Shown here piece by piece: positions 12,219-25,186 of a stretch of DNA of 64,000 nt (within the stretch, counting starts at the first letter, position 1; every line of letters starts with the position of its first letter). The stretch is from Camelus dromedarius. Taxonomy: Eukaryota. The stretch lies in the NCBI RefSeq assembly GCF_036321535.1, contig NC_087437.1, positions 76,386,001-76,450,000 on the forward strand, given 5' to 3'. Both the position numbers and the translations under genes were made by a program. Under the pieces are notes generated by a model. The model was not told where the DNA came from. It did no database searches and was given only the letters and a program-made list of their open reading frames with translations.

Positions 12219-13868
12219 TTAGCTAGCTAACTCTTCTTTTTTAAAAATGACAAAAATAAGAAGACTGCCAAAAGGAGGCACTTTTTTAGAGTTAAGTCAT
12301 GTATTTATAGTACAGGTGGATGTTGGAATAGCAGCAACACATGGGACGGTTTCATCCTTGCTGGATTAATTGATGGAGGTTAGCAGACTTTCACATCAGA
12401 GAAAATATCCTTATATGGCCTCTCCCTACGGGTCTTTACCTCTTGTTGAGGGGCTTTTGAAAGTCAGGTCAGGTACTAAGGGGTGGAGAGTCTGACTGAG
12501 TTCTGTTCTCTCTGTGCCCCAGTACTTCTGGTCTAGACCACTGCCCCGAGGCCACCTACGAGTACACAGAGGAGGAGTGACTCATTATCCCCTTGGCCAA
12601 ATTGGGGTTGTACCAAAATGTGTTTTCACAGAAATCCACAGCACTGATGTTTTCTCCAAAGCCTCTATTCTTGCTAGCACATTTATAAACAAAATTTTAA
12701 ACAGAAAAATTGACAAGGTTTCTGAACAGAAAATAAAGCAATTTCATGATAGTGTTAGCTCCTGTAGCCCCACAGTATTTCAGCGAGGAGACAGGTAATA
12801 TCCTGTTTATTAGAGGGATAAAAAGTGCCGAGGAATATATACTTGCCCCTGGTCATCTAAGTGGTGTAAATGTAAGAACAGGAACAGTATGTTGAGAAAT
12901 TATCATTGAGAGGCACAGCTTTGTCTTGAATTCACATGCATGTTCTGAAGTTTTTCCTGTGATAAAAGTAAAATGCTCTAAGAATTCTTCTGAAAGCTGT
13001 TACACCTATGAAATGTGCTGTAATAATATCAACTTCTGGCAATAGGGCTGACATATTTCAGCATAAAGTACGTACACACACACACACACAGATGTTATTT
13101 TAAAGGCAACAATCCAGCAATTACCCGAGATGTGATTCAAATTTTTGCATCACATTCCTGACTCCAGCAATGCTTGGAAGGAAATGTTGCATTTTAATTG
13201 ATGATAACAATAAGAATTTTCATACAATAACAGTAAAGGCAGAGAACAAAAGCAGCACATCATTGTTTGACAACATTTAAAGCATTGATCAGGTGTGGAG
13301 ATACTCTCTTACAGCTTTTAGGTGAATTCTGGCTGTGTGTTGTTTGTTTAGATTAGAGTTTAATTGAGTACTTGAAGAACATTGCCTGAGTATTTTTGTT
13401 CTTAATCATCATCATAATAGGCCAGTGATTAATTGAATTTATATATAGTAGTATACTATCTTTAGTGGCGCTCAGTTCTATGTTAACAGGCTATCTTCCA
13501 TGTAACATGTTCTTTTTACCAATGGATCATAGTATATTAATAAAATATTAGTACATTGTGTTCATTCATATATTTCATTGGAAACAATGGATAATCTTTC
13601 TTAATTACAAGAAAGAATGAGTTCCAATGATTGAACTAAAAGATTGAGACGAATTTAAGGAGGGGAACAAATAGTTATTCTTCACTAAGTGTAGGTAGTG
13701 ATGTAATTTCCATGCACTTTGATGTAAATGCCATTATTGAGTTATATTTTCATGTTTATGTAATTTTGTGATTCATGTACCTGCCCTAGAATCCGCTTTC
13801 CTAAGACAGTAGTTATTTCAGACCACGTGTGGATTAAAAGTAAGTTTTCCATCATGATATCATGTAAA

Positions 13869-14042
13869 CAAATGCCACTGAAAGTGTGGTCTGCGGACCT
13901 TTAGCCTCTTTATCACCTGTGAGCTTATTAGAAATTTAGAACCTCACTGAACCAGAATATTTCTGTTGAAGAGGAGTTAGGAATCTATGCTTTAACAAGC
14001 TTTCTTGGTGATACAATATACACTAAGATTGGAGAACCACTA
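13869..14042 (+). mobile_element. MER5A-like hAT-Charlie MITE
   Basis: aaagtgtggtc...atcacctgtgagcttattagaaat...aatctatgctttaacaagc...gagaaccact. Confidence 0.8.
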
Positions 14043-14349
14043 ATGTAGACATTGTAACATTTCAGTTCCCTAGGTATCAGTGTTCATTCAAACTTTGTAT
14101 TCTAGAGCCATCATAAGAACTGGGCTTTCCTCTTTCCCCCGTGAACACTTACCCAAATAAATAATCAAGATTCCTTTAGGGAACAAGTGGGTCAATTACT
14201 ACCTTTGTGTTCAGGGCACTTTCCGTGATTATCTAGTCATTCCTTTGGTCTATGGGTTCTGAGTCTAAGAAGTGACTAAATTTTTCAAACTGGTTTGTGA
14301 TACTCCAATGGGACAACTGACTTCAGCTTAATTCTCTCTCTCTCTCTTT

Positions 14350-16205
14350 TTTTTAAAGTAAATTTATAGAGTTGTGTTAACAATTACCCTAATTCCATTT
14401 TAGAACATTTCTGTCACCCCTTAAAATTCCTTTGGGCCCATTTAAAGTCAATCATTTGAGACAATCCTCACTTCCTCTAGTCTCAGATAACATCTGATCT
14501 GCTTTCTAACTCTATAAATTAGTCCTGTTTGGACATTTTATATAAATGGAACCATACAATATATATTATTTTATACCTGGCTTCTTTCAATTTGCATAAT
14601 GTTATTGAGGTTTGTCTAGTTTGCAGAATATATAAATATTTGTTATTTTTTATTGCTGAATAGTATTCCATTGTATAGATACACATTTTGTTTATCCATC
14701 ACCAATTGTTGGATATTATGAATAATACTACTATAAACTTTCATGTACAAATCTTTGTATGGACATGTTTTCATTTCTTTTTTCTTTAGGTCAGTTAGTT
14801 AAACATTTTTTTATTGTTGATATACAATATTATATACATTTCAGATGTACAACAAAGTGATTCACAATTCTTAAAGGTTATTTTCCATTTATATTTGTTA
14901 TAAAATATCAGCTGTATTCCCAGTACTGTACAATATATCCTTATAGTTTATTTTAGACATAGTAGTTTCTACCTCTTAATCCTCTGCCCCTATTTTGTCC
15001 CTCCCCCATCCTTTTCCCCACCGGTAATCACTAATTTGTCCTCTGTATCAAAGAGTTGTTTCTTTTTTGCTATGTTCACTATTTTGTTTTATTTTTTAGA
15101 TTCCACATATAAGTGATATCATATCATATTTGTCTTTTCCTGACTTATTTCACTTGGTATAATACCCTCCAAATCCATCATTGTTGCAAATGGCAAAATT
15201 TCACTCCTTTTTACCTCTGAGTAGTATTCCATTGTACATATATACTACATCTTCTTTATCCGTTCATCTGATGTTGGAGACATGTTTTCATTTCTTGTGG
15301 GTAGATACCTAGACTGGATTTGCTAGGTCGTATGATAAGTTTATGTTTAAATTTTTACAAAAAGACATTACCCAACTTATTTCCAAAGTGGCTGTACTAT
15401 TTTACATTCCCACCAACAGCGTATGAAGGTTTGAATTTCTCTATGCCCTCACCTACACTTGTCTGTATTTTAGATTTATCTCTTCTAGTGGAAGTGCAGT
15501 GGTATCTTACTATGTTTTTAATTTGTTTTCTTTGATGAAATGTCTATTCAAGTCTATTTTTATATTTGGTTGTGTATATTTTTCTTACTGAATTGAAGGG
15601 GTTTTAATATATTCTCAGTACAATCCTTTATGAGATATATCATTTGCAAATATTTTCTCCTGGTCTGTGGGACAACCTATTTTCTTAATGATGCATTTTA
15701 AGCACAAAAGGTTTTGAATGTTATGGAATTTCAATTCATCAGTCTTATTTTTCAGTTGTAACTTCTGACTGTTGTATCATAGTTAGGAACTTTTTGCCTA
15801 ATCAGTGTCACAGAAATTTTTCTCCTGTTCTTTTTTCTAGGAGATTCATAGTTTTAGTTTTTTATGTCCATGATTCATTCTTCACTTATTTATGTGAGAG
15901 CAGGCTAATTGACTTAATTAACGGTATTAGTAAATGGTTCATATTTTTAAATGTATTCAATTGTCCCACCACCACTTGTTGAAGAGAATATCTTTTTGCA
16001 AAGAAAACTGGTGAATATAAAGGTAAGGATTCTTTCTGTATTCTCAGTTCTGTTGCATCTATCTCTATGCCTCTACTTATGCTTATACCACACTTTCTTG
16101 ATTATTGTAACTGTATAGTACAATACTTTAAAGTACTTTATAGTTTAAATTAGGTAGGTGTAAGACCTCCAACTTTGTTCTTTTTCAAAATTGTTTTAGC
16201 TGTTC
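14350..16205 (-). mobile_element. Old L1 3' end (L1MB/L1MC-like)
   Basis: Typical reverse-strand L1 3' UTR and ORF2 C-terminal blocks (gaatagtattccattgtat, tacattcccaccaacag, tttgcaaatattttctcc). Confidence 0.85.
14780..15278 (-). mobile_element. Younger L1 3' end nested in the old L1
   Basis: Perfect 18-bp TSD GACATGTTTTCATTTCTT at 14762-14779 and 15279-15296. Contains ttagattccacatataagtga and the L1 3' UTR. Confidence 0.9.
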
Positions 16206-16379
16206 ATGTTGCCAGTAGAACTTCAGATCATTCTGGAAGAAAGGTTAAATCTGTGGTATAGCTATATTGGGACTAGATATGCAATCTTTTGTAGAGATAT
16301 CAACTTGAATGAATATGTAAGGAGTCCTGTTGGCACTAGGGAATCTAACAAATGGCATATGACAGTAATTTCTGATTTT

Positions 16380-17620
16380 TAACTATGCTTATTTTTTTCA
16401 CAAAGCCTGAGAAAATTTTGAGAACACAGAAGTCTGCATATGATTGACAGTTCTAATAAATACTTTTCTTAAATCTTTATGTATATCGCTGTTGACTAGT
16501 GTTTCTCTGTGGCTATAGCTGTAGGTATATGTTCAGTAGCTCAACTGTATTAATCAGCTCTTCTTGTTGAACCAGTCGTCTTTGACACCTGTGTTTAGCC
16601 CAATATCACTTCTTGTCATTATTATTGATTATCTGAATTCATCAATAAGTTTTAAAACACTTCTTCAGTTGTACAATTTAGCTGTGGAAAAGTTTTTGTA
16701 GACTACTTTTATTCACATTATTTTTGAGATATTTTTTCAGATTATATCAAAGATTTTCTAACTGTACAATCTTAGTGGATTCATCAGTCTGCAGAGAATT
16801 GTATTGACTTTGTCACTCTCTGAATAGTAATTGCTGCTTTACTTTCTGTTCATAACTGTAACTCTAAAAAGAACCCTGTTATTTGACAGAGGCACATTAT
16901 CAATCATTTTTCTTTCTTTGTCCCCAATCATTGCTTTTACTTTTTTTTGCCATTAGGATTCTATGTGTTTCACCAATTATTTCACAACACCATAAAGCTT
17001 TTCCTTATTTTACAGCATGTTAGTTCCTAGGATGTTTGAATGTCCTTCTATTTTGCTTCAGTATTTTTGATAAGTTTCTCATAGCATTATTTGTATGTGT
17101 CAAAATGACACCAATGTTTCTAAACACAACACATAATGAAATAGATTCATTCTCAACTGGCAATGAAATTCCAAATTTCAAACAATATTCATTACATTTG
17201 TGCAGTATTTTTTTGTTTTTTTTGTTGAAGCTGGCATTTCTGTAACACTAACAGGTGATTCAGTTGTTAATGTGGCTTTTTTTACTCTTACCACTAGTGC
17301 TCATATTTGTTATAAATTTCTTTTATTATGCCTAAAAATCTTTTTAAACCTCTTAACCATGATAGTTTCAATTAAAACACAAAGAACTCAATCCAAAGTA
17401 TAATTCACAATGGTATATACTCATATAGTAAACTGTGATTGACTTCTGGAAGTGATGAATTGATAACATTAGTAAGAAAGACATGATGATGAGAATGGAA
17501 ATTTGATATACAAGAATCTGTATCAAAAAAAAAAAAAAGAATCTGTATCAGCCATCTGTTCGTTCATATTACCCTTACATCCAAAGCAGAAGTTTTAATT
17601 ATTGACGGTTTGACATATTC
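16380..17620 (-). mobile_element. Fossil hAT-Charlie (Buster/ZBED5-like) transposase fragment
   Basis: The reverse strand encodes, in broken frames, IGETH, IDNVPLSNNRV, SLQTDEST and a HRE(T) motif, collinear with Charlie transposase motifs PHTIGE, PLSNNTV, SLQLDESTD and HCxxHRE. Confidence 0.8.
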
Positions 17621-19899
17621 ATGGATTTTCTGGAGTAACCAGACTCACCCTGTACAAAGTAAATTACCATAGCGCTGCCTATTTTGGCTTTGTTGCAAGG
17701 AATAACCTCTATAGGAATAAGAGTTTGTTTTGCTAGTTAATTTATTTCCTGATAGATGTTAAAATATATACATATTGAAATGTTAAAAGTATATAGTAAA
17801 ATGATCAAACGCTAACAAAATTATCTTGGGGCCAGGGGTGGAATATGTGGCACGCTGTAGGAAACACTTCCTTATCTTATAACATCAGGACCTTGAGTCA
17901 CCTAAACAAACCATGTTTAAGTCATTGGACCATCAACACTGTGCCATCCAAAGATATTAACTCTTATAAGGATATTTGTCAATATCCTTGATTCCTTCTT
18001 CTGAATCTAACTCTTTAATGAATAGTTGAGATTATTAATAGATGAAAGTGGCAAAGGAAAAATTAGATAATAAAAACCTCCTCTACTCTCTTTTCTGCAT
18101 CCTTCTTGTGAAGAAACCAGATTGTTAAAAAAAAATGTAGCTGGAGAAATCTGGATTCCAGTCCAGGTTTTTAAACTAAGAGCTCTTAGGTAGCTTAAAC
18201 CATTCCACATGTTAAAAATAATTCTGCATATTAAAAATAATCATACATATTTTGGGGGATTCTTTTAGGTTTAAATAAGATGTCAAATATAGCTTGCCTG
18301 GCATAGGACTTAGTGCATAGTAGATGTTCAAATTATTAAAAATACTTCTAATTTTTTTTTACTCTGGGCTAGGAATAACCTTCATACTCTTTATGCTACT
18401 GTAGAAACTAAATTACATTGTTTGTAAAAATTCTTTGAGCTGCCTATCGAGTTAACAAGACTTTCTTTGAAAATTCCAAAGGCATCGACAAGTCTAAGAA
18501 GTAAGACAAATAATGAAAAAATTGAAACATTCTAAAATATAGTACATTTGTCACAGAGTCAGCTTGGCCTAATAATGTATTCTAAATGTTGGATGTTTTG
18601 AGATCTTCAGATGAAAGACACTGGAAATAAGGTATCATTACTGTTAATTTTACTATGCCTTGCCAAGCAATTTTTTTTTTAATTACAGAATCAAGACATG
18701 TAGCTCAGCCTTCCTATCACATTATCCCTTAAAATATGTACAGAATCTCTAAATGTATCAGTAAACTTGAATCACAATATACAAAATTATGATCCCAATT
18801 ATGGCAGTGTAGTATTGTATTCCCTAATTGGTGAACTAGAATTAAATAATTTTAAGAGAGGAAAAGATGAAAGTTGTTCAGACAAATTAATATCTAAACA
18901 AAAGACTTGTTAACATAGAATACATAAAGCTAAAATGGTTTCTCTTTTTAATATCATTGTTACTCTTGTTATTTTCTTCTCCAAGAAAAAAGATCAAAGT
19001 TTATTTGTTCAAAGAATTCAGGAATGAATTTCTATATCAGGTGGTTTGTTTGGTGATTGTTTTTCTGAGAGATAGGCTACCTAGAACCATGGGTGATTTT
19101 TCTAAACCCATCCTCTCCTCCCCTGCTCCTGCACTTTTTCACTCATTACAAATATTATAGGACAAGCCTAGAGCAAAAGACCTTGACCTTAAAATATTAG
19201 GAATATAAGAAACCAAGGAAAAACCTTAACACCATTCAAAGACCATTGTTCCCTAAGGCATCAATAGTGAGTAATAACACAAAAGAATGTGGTCACTCTT
19301 CTGGGATAGTTAGTGAGCTAAATAAACTTGTGTTTCATTCAGATCCTGTATCTTTCTGTTGGACTATTCAAAATTACTGAATGGATCTACCAGACACATC
19401 TATTTTCTTTTTAGATCACTTAAGAAATCTTTCTAAATTATTTTGAATTTTAAAGTGCATATTTGTTAGTACAAAAGCAGCGTGTGTTCACTGTACAAAA
19501 ACTAGGCAACAGAAAAAAATCTATTTTGTATTTTATGTTGAACATTCTTTTGTATAGGTGTTAATCTGTCCCCTCAGTCTTGTCTTTTTCTCACTATAAA
19601 CATTATTTGATTCTTAGGAAATATAATGCTTTATTTTTATTATTGGGATCATCATTTTGCATTATATTTTAAATCTGCTGATGCAAGAAACAAGAAAAAA
19701 AGATTTTTGTACGAATAAACAAAACCTCACCAATAACCCTATCATCCAAGTATAATCACTATTTAACATGTTGGAGATATATATCCTTTCAGAGTTTTCT
19801 CAGTTATTAAGTCACTATCAGAAACAATAAGGTTGTTAAATTAGTTTATTTGTGAGTCAAAAATGCATTGGTTCTTTGCATTCTGAAAGTGTTCATTGT

Positions 19900-20330
19900 T
19901 TCTTTCCTTCAGTACTCCACATTTTACTAAGAACTATTAAAAAATTTGCCTTTAAGAAGCTTATAGTTAAGTGGAGGAGTCAGACAAGCAAAGAGCTGTT
20001 AACCTACACAATGTGCTGCAAGAGCCTGAGGAATGACATGTACTGAGCCCAGGGGGCTCTGGGGAGCTTTACAGAGGAGGGGATGTTTGAGCTGATCTTT
20101 GAGTAAGGAACGGAGAGTCTATTATTCAGGCGAGGCCAAGGGAGCCATTCCAGGCAAGGAGTCTGTATAAAGGCTAGGGGAGGATGTTTTAGGAACTGTG
20201 GTAGGTGAATATGGTATATGAGGGTGAAAAATAAATCTTGAAAAATAGACAAAGACCTGGCTGTGCAAAGGTCTGATTGTCCAGATGAGGAGCCTGGGCT
20301 TTATCTGGTAGGTTGTGGGAATTTTTTAAG
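19900..20330 (-). mobile_element. L2 LINE fragment
   Basis: gcctttaagaagcttatagt...cagaggaggggatgtttgagctg...cattccaggcaagg. Confidence 0.7.
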
Positions 20331-20409
20331 GAGTGTGTGTGTCTGTGTGTGTCTGTGTTTGTCTGTGTGGTATGTGTGTATGCTGTAAGAAATCTACAAA
20401 CTGTCTGTG

Positions 20410-20745
20410 GATGGTTTTGTCCGTATGGGTTTAGATTCTTGGGACTCAGGAAGAATTATAAAGTGAATGAAAAGGGCTGATTGTGGCTGTGGACTCAACA
20501 GGATGTTTCTGTCTGACCCCATGGAGAAGCTCTGGAGCACAAATTGCACCACAGAGTCAGTCCCATCCTTTACCCCCCCAGTTCAGTCAGTGATCATGGG
20601 TCGGGGGTGGGGTGGGTGGTTGGAGCTTCCTTGGCTGGAATTGGACAAGAGCATTCCTCAGGAGAAGGGGCACTGCTTGATATGCATAGCAGCCGGTGGA
20701 CGGGTGCACAAACAACTACGTTGGCGCAGAGTGCCAACTACATCT
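20410..20745 (-). mobile_element. ERVL LTR16-like fragment
   Basis: ctgaccccatggagaagctctggagc...cagtcagtgatc...ggagaaggggcactg. Confidence 0.6.
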
Positions 20746-21400
20746 GTTGCAGAAAGCTTTCGTATAACCGCACAAGTGGATTCCCAATGAACATTTCTGG
20801 CCCTTCCCCGGAAGTTTGGAAGTGTAATCTGCCTGTGTATATCTGATTAGGAAAGTCCTGAAGTCTTGACAACCAACTAACCATTTTATATTGATAAAAT
20901 GATTCTTTCTGGCCCAAGGTAATGTGCTCTTCTCTCTGATAAGTTTACAAGGCAGAATTTGCTACCTACCAGGAGACACTTAGAGTTGGAAAAAAATCAC
21001 ATTTGAACCTGTAAGAATGCTAAATAATGGTAGATGAGTAAAGATTTCCATGGTGCAGCAGAAAATGGGCTATCAAAGAAATAAGGTTAATTGTCAAGTG
21101 AATGGCTGTGACTTCAGCTAGACCAGAGCCACTTTTTTGCTTATTTAGAACACCCTCCTTCTTATAACATCTCAGGACTCTTGAGAAATGGCATCCGCTT
21201 CAAAATGTATCAGCTTACCTGTACTGTGTATAGAATATGGTTATGGAAGCAATGATGGCTGCCTTTCAACACGAGGTCCTCATTCATTCATTCATTCATT
21301 CAGTAAATACTATGTGGCATGCTATATTCCAGGTGATAGAAATATTGCAACAAATAGCATAAAATCCCTGATTTTGGGGAGCTTACATTTTAGATGAGGA

Positions 21401-21826
21401 TGTAATAGAAAAATTATTTATGACACTTGTTAAAGATGTAAGGCACACTTTACTCAAGGGGGCTACTGTAATAGGATTTTGTGATAGGAGAGAGAGATTG
21501 GACTCAACTCCAACTCCAGAAAGAACAAATGGGGATTTATAGTCAGAGATCAGGGTGGGGGGGTCCATGGATTGAAAATTTCTAAGAGGAAACATCAGGG
21601 TCAAGGGGGATTCTTGTTAGACCAACTCAAAAGAATTTTTGCTGAAGACAGATCAGGGTGATAAAATATCAGAAGTGGGGGATTTCTGCTAAACTCATTT
21701 AGCAGCAACAATTTGCTTAAGCTGTATTCTCCAAGGACAGAGAAGGAAATTTAAATTTGAACCAGTTGAGCAGAGAGCTCAGAGGAGTCTGATTAAAGTT
21801 AGGTCAAGGAAAGAGTTTCTTTTCCA
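21401..21826 (-). mobile_element. MER31-like ERV1 solo LTR
   Basis: TG...CA termini. The reverse strand begins tggaaaagaaactctttccttgacctaactttaatcagactcctctgagc. Confidence 0.8.
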
Positions 21827-21916
21827 GGGGAAGGCAGACAAACTGTGTATTAATAATTAAGTAAACATGGATGTCAGCTTGTGATAAGTTCTATGGTAAA
21901 AAATAAAACAGGATAA

Positions 21917-22343
21917 CAACCTAAGTGTCCATTGATGGATGAATGGTTAAAGAAGATGTGGTATATATACACAATAGAATACTACTCAGCTATAAAAAAG
22001 AAGGAAATCTTGCCATTTGCAATAATATGAATGGATCTTGAGAGTGTTATGCTAAGTGAAATAAGTCAGACAGAGTAAGACAAATACTGTTTGATCTCAC
22101 TTATATGTGGAATCTTAAAACCAAAACAAAACAGCAAACAAAATGAAATGAAATCCATAGATACAGAGAACAGATTGGTGGTTACCAGAGGGGAGGGGGA
22201 TTGGGATGGGCAAAATGGGTAAAAGAGGTCAATTATATGGTGATGGATGGTAACTATACTTATCGTAGTGATCACTTTGTAGTGCATACAGATGTTGCAT
22301 TATAATCTTCCAATTTTATCACAACAAAACTAAACAAATAAAT
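21917..22343 (+). mobile_element. 5'-truncated L1 3' end
   Basis: QPKCP...SLICGI region and 3' UTR with an A-rich tail. TSD AAATAAAACAGGATAA (21901-21916) / AAATGAAACAGCATAA (22344-22359). Confidence 0.9.
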
Positions 22344-22760
22344 AAATGAAACAGCATAAGGTAGATGCAGAGTGCCAGGATGTGGAGGGTTGGTGGTGGG
22401 TTTCTATTTTATTTAGAGTGATCAGAGAAGGGCTCATTTATACTGTGGCTTGAAGAACATAAGAGAACAAGTCATGCAGTGTTCAACTAAATGTGCAGTA
22501 GACAGAAGGAACAGGTATGCAAGGGTCCTAAGGTTGAAGTGCTCTCAGCATGTTTGAGGAACTTCAGTGAGTGTGTAAAAGTCAGAGTGATAGAAGATAA
22601 GATCAGGGAGGTGGGAGTGGGATGAGGCGGGGCGTCACATGGTCTTTTGATGCCATAGTAGGGCTTTACCTTTTACTCTGAGTGTGATGGGAAGTCTTTG
22701 TAGCCTGATGAGCAAAGAAGTAATATAATCTGGCTTATGAAAACACTAATTAAATGTATT

Positions 22761-22829
22761 CAGGACTGGCTACATAATTTACAGGACCCAGTGTAAAATA
22801 AAACTGCATGGCCATTTGTTAAAAATTAT
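22761..22829 (+). mobile_element. hAT-Tip100 (MER45-like) terminal fragment
   Basis: caggactggctacataatttacaggacccagtgtaaaataaaa. Confidence 0.55.
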
Positions 22830-23016
22830 ATTCTGAACGAATTCTTTCTTTCTTTTTTTTTGAGGGGGGCAACACAGGAAGTAGATTTATCAACAGATAC
22901 TGAGGCTAAGGAATATGATGTTGCAGTTCAATCCAGTTCCAATTAGAATGAACTCTAGTCACAAGCAAACAGCCATAGCAGTCCAAACTGGCTTACTGAA
23001 GTTTCGAGAGAGAAGT

Positions 23017-23399
23017 TACTGTGGACTGAATTGTGCACCGCCACCCCGCCCAACCAAATTCATGTGTTGAACTCTAACAGCCAAAATGATGGTAGTTGGA
23101 GGGAGGGCCTTTAGGAGGTAATTAGATTTAGATGAAGTAATGAAGATGTGGTCTTCATGATAGGATTAGTGCCCTTATTGGAAGAGACACCAGAGAGCTT
23201 GTGTTCTCTTCTCTTTCGCAAGTGAGGACACAGGGAGAAGGTGGCCATCGGCTAACTATGAAAAGAGCCCTCACCAGAACCTGACCATGCTGACACAGTG
23301 ATCTTGGAGTCTTCAGCCTCCAGAATTGTGAGAAGTAGGTTTCTGTTGTAGAAGCCACCCCTGTGGTGTTTGTTATGTCATTCCAAACAAACTGAGACA
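23017..23399 (+). mobile_element. MLT1A-like MaLR solo LTR
   Basis: gggcctttaggaggtaattag...gattagtgcccttat...cagcctccagaattgtgagaa...actgagaca. 5-bp TSD GAAGT/GAGGT. Confidence 0.88.
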
Positions 23400-23952
23400 G
23401 AGGTAAAAGTATGAATTACTTGTCTAGGAGAGGGCAACAGTAATGGATTAGAGAAATTAGAATTGCTAGTTAGTACTGAGTGCCCACTTGAGATTAGAAT
23501 TGATACATCTCAAGTGAGACCTGCCATCCTGAGAGTGTTTTTCACCAGTTACCTTTCTCCATGCAGATGCAGAGTCACAGACAGTCATCTTTCACTGACC
23601 ACGTAGTGAGAGTTGACAGCAAGACAACTTAGCAGCTGCTACATGTCCAGCCACGGTTAAGAAGCATAGGTAGATAGAATAAACAAAATAAGAAGACCCA
23701 AACTCAATAGGGCTGCATCTGCAGTTGATTGTAAACCACAAATAGAATAGATAACTGACTTTAAGCCAAGGAGTTTCAATGTTGGGATGCTCTGAATCCA
23801 GAAAAGCTTGGATAATGGATAGCTTTTTCGATTTTTGTCTCCTGTTTGGCATACTGTAGACTTAATTAGAAATATGTCTAGGATGGAGTCAGTGTCAGAT
23901 ATTGGAACTCTCTAACCATTAACATTTATCTAAGGGTGAAACTTGATATGTG

Positions 23953-24589
23953 CAGTCAATCCTCATTATTCACAGGTTTCATATTTGTGAATTCATCTGC
24001 TCATTAGAATTTATTTGTGACCACAGAAGTAATACTGTGATGTTTTTGTAGTCATTTGTACACATACACAAAATGGTGAAAAATTTGAGTCCTCTGACAA
24101 GCACTTTCCCAGCTGAGGTCAAACAAGGTGACACTCTGCCTTTTTGTGTCAGCTCTTTTATTGTGAATAAATATCTTTTCCTTGATCTATTTGGTGCCAT
24201 ATTTTTTGCATTGTTGTGCTTTCTGTTGGTGATTTTACTATTTAATATGGCCCACAACTATAATAGTGTTCCTAAGAAGAGAAGGCTAGAATGTGCCTTA
24301 TAGAGAAAATATGTGTGTTATGTAAAATTTATTTAGATGTGAGTTATATGCTGTTGGTCAAGAATTCAATGTTAATGAATCAACAATATGTGTTAAATAA
24401 GGTGTATTTAAACAGAAACACACATAAAACAAGGTTAAGTATTGATCAGTTGGTGAAAATGTTATGACTAGAGTCTTACAGGAACTTAACCCTGTATTTC
24501 TCCTAGGAGCAATGATTTAGTATTTGCTAATTCGGTGTTCATTTGTGACTTTATAATCCTTACCTACCATGAATAATAAGAATCAGTTG
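23953..24589 (-). mobile_element. MER82-like TcMar-Tigger element, full length
   Basis: TIRs CAGTCAATCCTCATTATTCA / TGAATAATAAGAATCAGTTG, followed by TA. About 640 bp with cccagctgaggtcaaacaagg and aaccctgtatttctcctaggagcaatg blocks. Confidence 0.88.
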
Positions 24590-24850
24590 TATCTGCTAGG
24601 TCATTCAGTTATTCATATTAAAATTTTCAGAAACACTGAACTCTTGGTCTGTCCCATTTTCCCCATGAGACTCCATAACATTCTCCCTGTCCTTTGGCCT
24701 TGTAGATTTCCTTTGTGCCTGTAGGTGGCAAAACAAATCCTGTAGTTACCTTCCTACCTCAGCAGATCTCTTCCTTCTCCCATAAACATTGAAAATTAGC
24801 CACTTTCATCCTGCCTTGGAGTCCCCACTGGCGTTTTATGACTGCACTCT

Positions 24851-24868
24851 CCCTTCAATTACTTTTTT
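24851..24868 (+). repeat. Left target-site duplication of the full-length L1
   Basis: CCCTTCAATTACTTTTTT, identical to 31969-31986. The T part is ambiguous with the poly(A) tail. Confidence 0.95.
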
Positions 24869-25186
24869 TTTTTTTTAACATTTTTTATTGATTTATAATC
24901 ATTTTACAATGTTGTGTCAAATTCCAGTGTTCAGCACAATTTTTCAGTTATTCATGGACATATACACACTCATTGTCACATTTTTTTCTCTGTGAGTTAT
25001 CATAACATTTTGTGTATATTTCCCTGTGCTATACAGTGTAGTCTATTCTACAATTTTGAAATCCCAGTCTATCCCTTCCCACCCTCCACCCCCCTGGTAA
25101 CCACAAGTCTGTATTCTCTGTCTGTGAGTCTATTTCTGTCCTTTATTTATGCTTTGTTTTTGTTTGTTTGTTTTTGTTTTTGTTTT

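Larger units (their letters stand above)
21278..22740 (-). mobile_element. L2 LINE 3' part interrupted by an LTR and an L1
   Basis: (CATT)n tail at 21281-21301. L2 sequence resumes after each insert (21827-21916, 22360-22740). Confidence 0.8.

Noticed and set aside
20410..20745. LTR16-like piece as the missing 3' LTR of the ERV-L at 36280-38956
   Set aside because: It is 16 kb away, separated by L2/MIR-containing ordinary DNA, and not visibly near-identical to the other LTR.
22840..22915. T-run followed by GAGGGGGGC as the tail of a camelid tRNA-derived SINE
   Set aside because: No A/B boxes or SINE body follow, and no TSD was found.
1540..24303. Short 60-110-aa ORFs across the left part of the window as host exons
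   Set aside because: They fall in repeats or AT-rich filler, with no recognisable protein family or consistent exon structure. Small exons of a spanning gene cannot be excluded.
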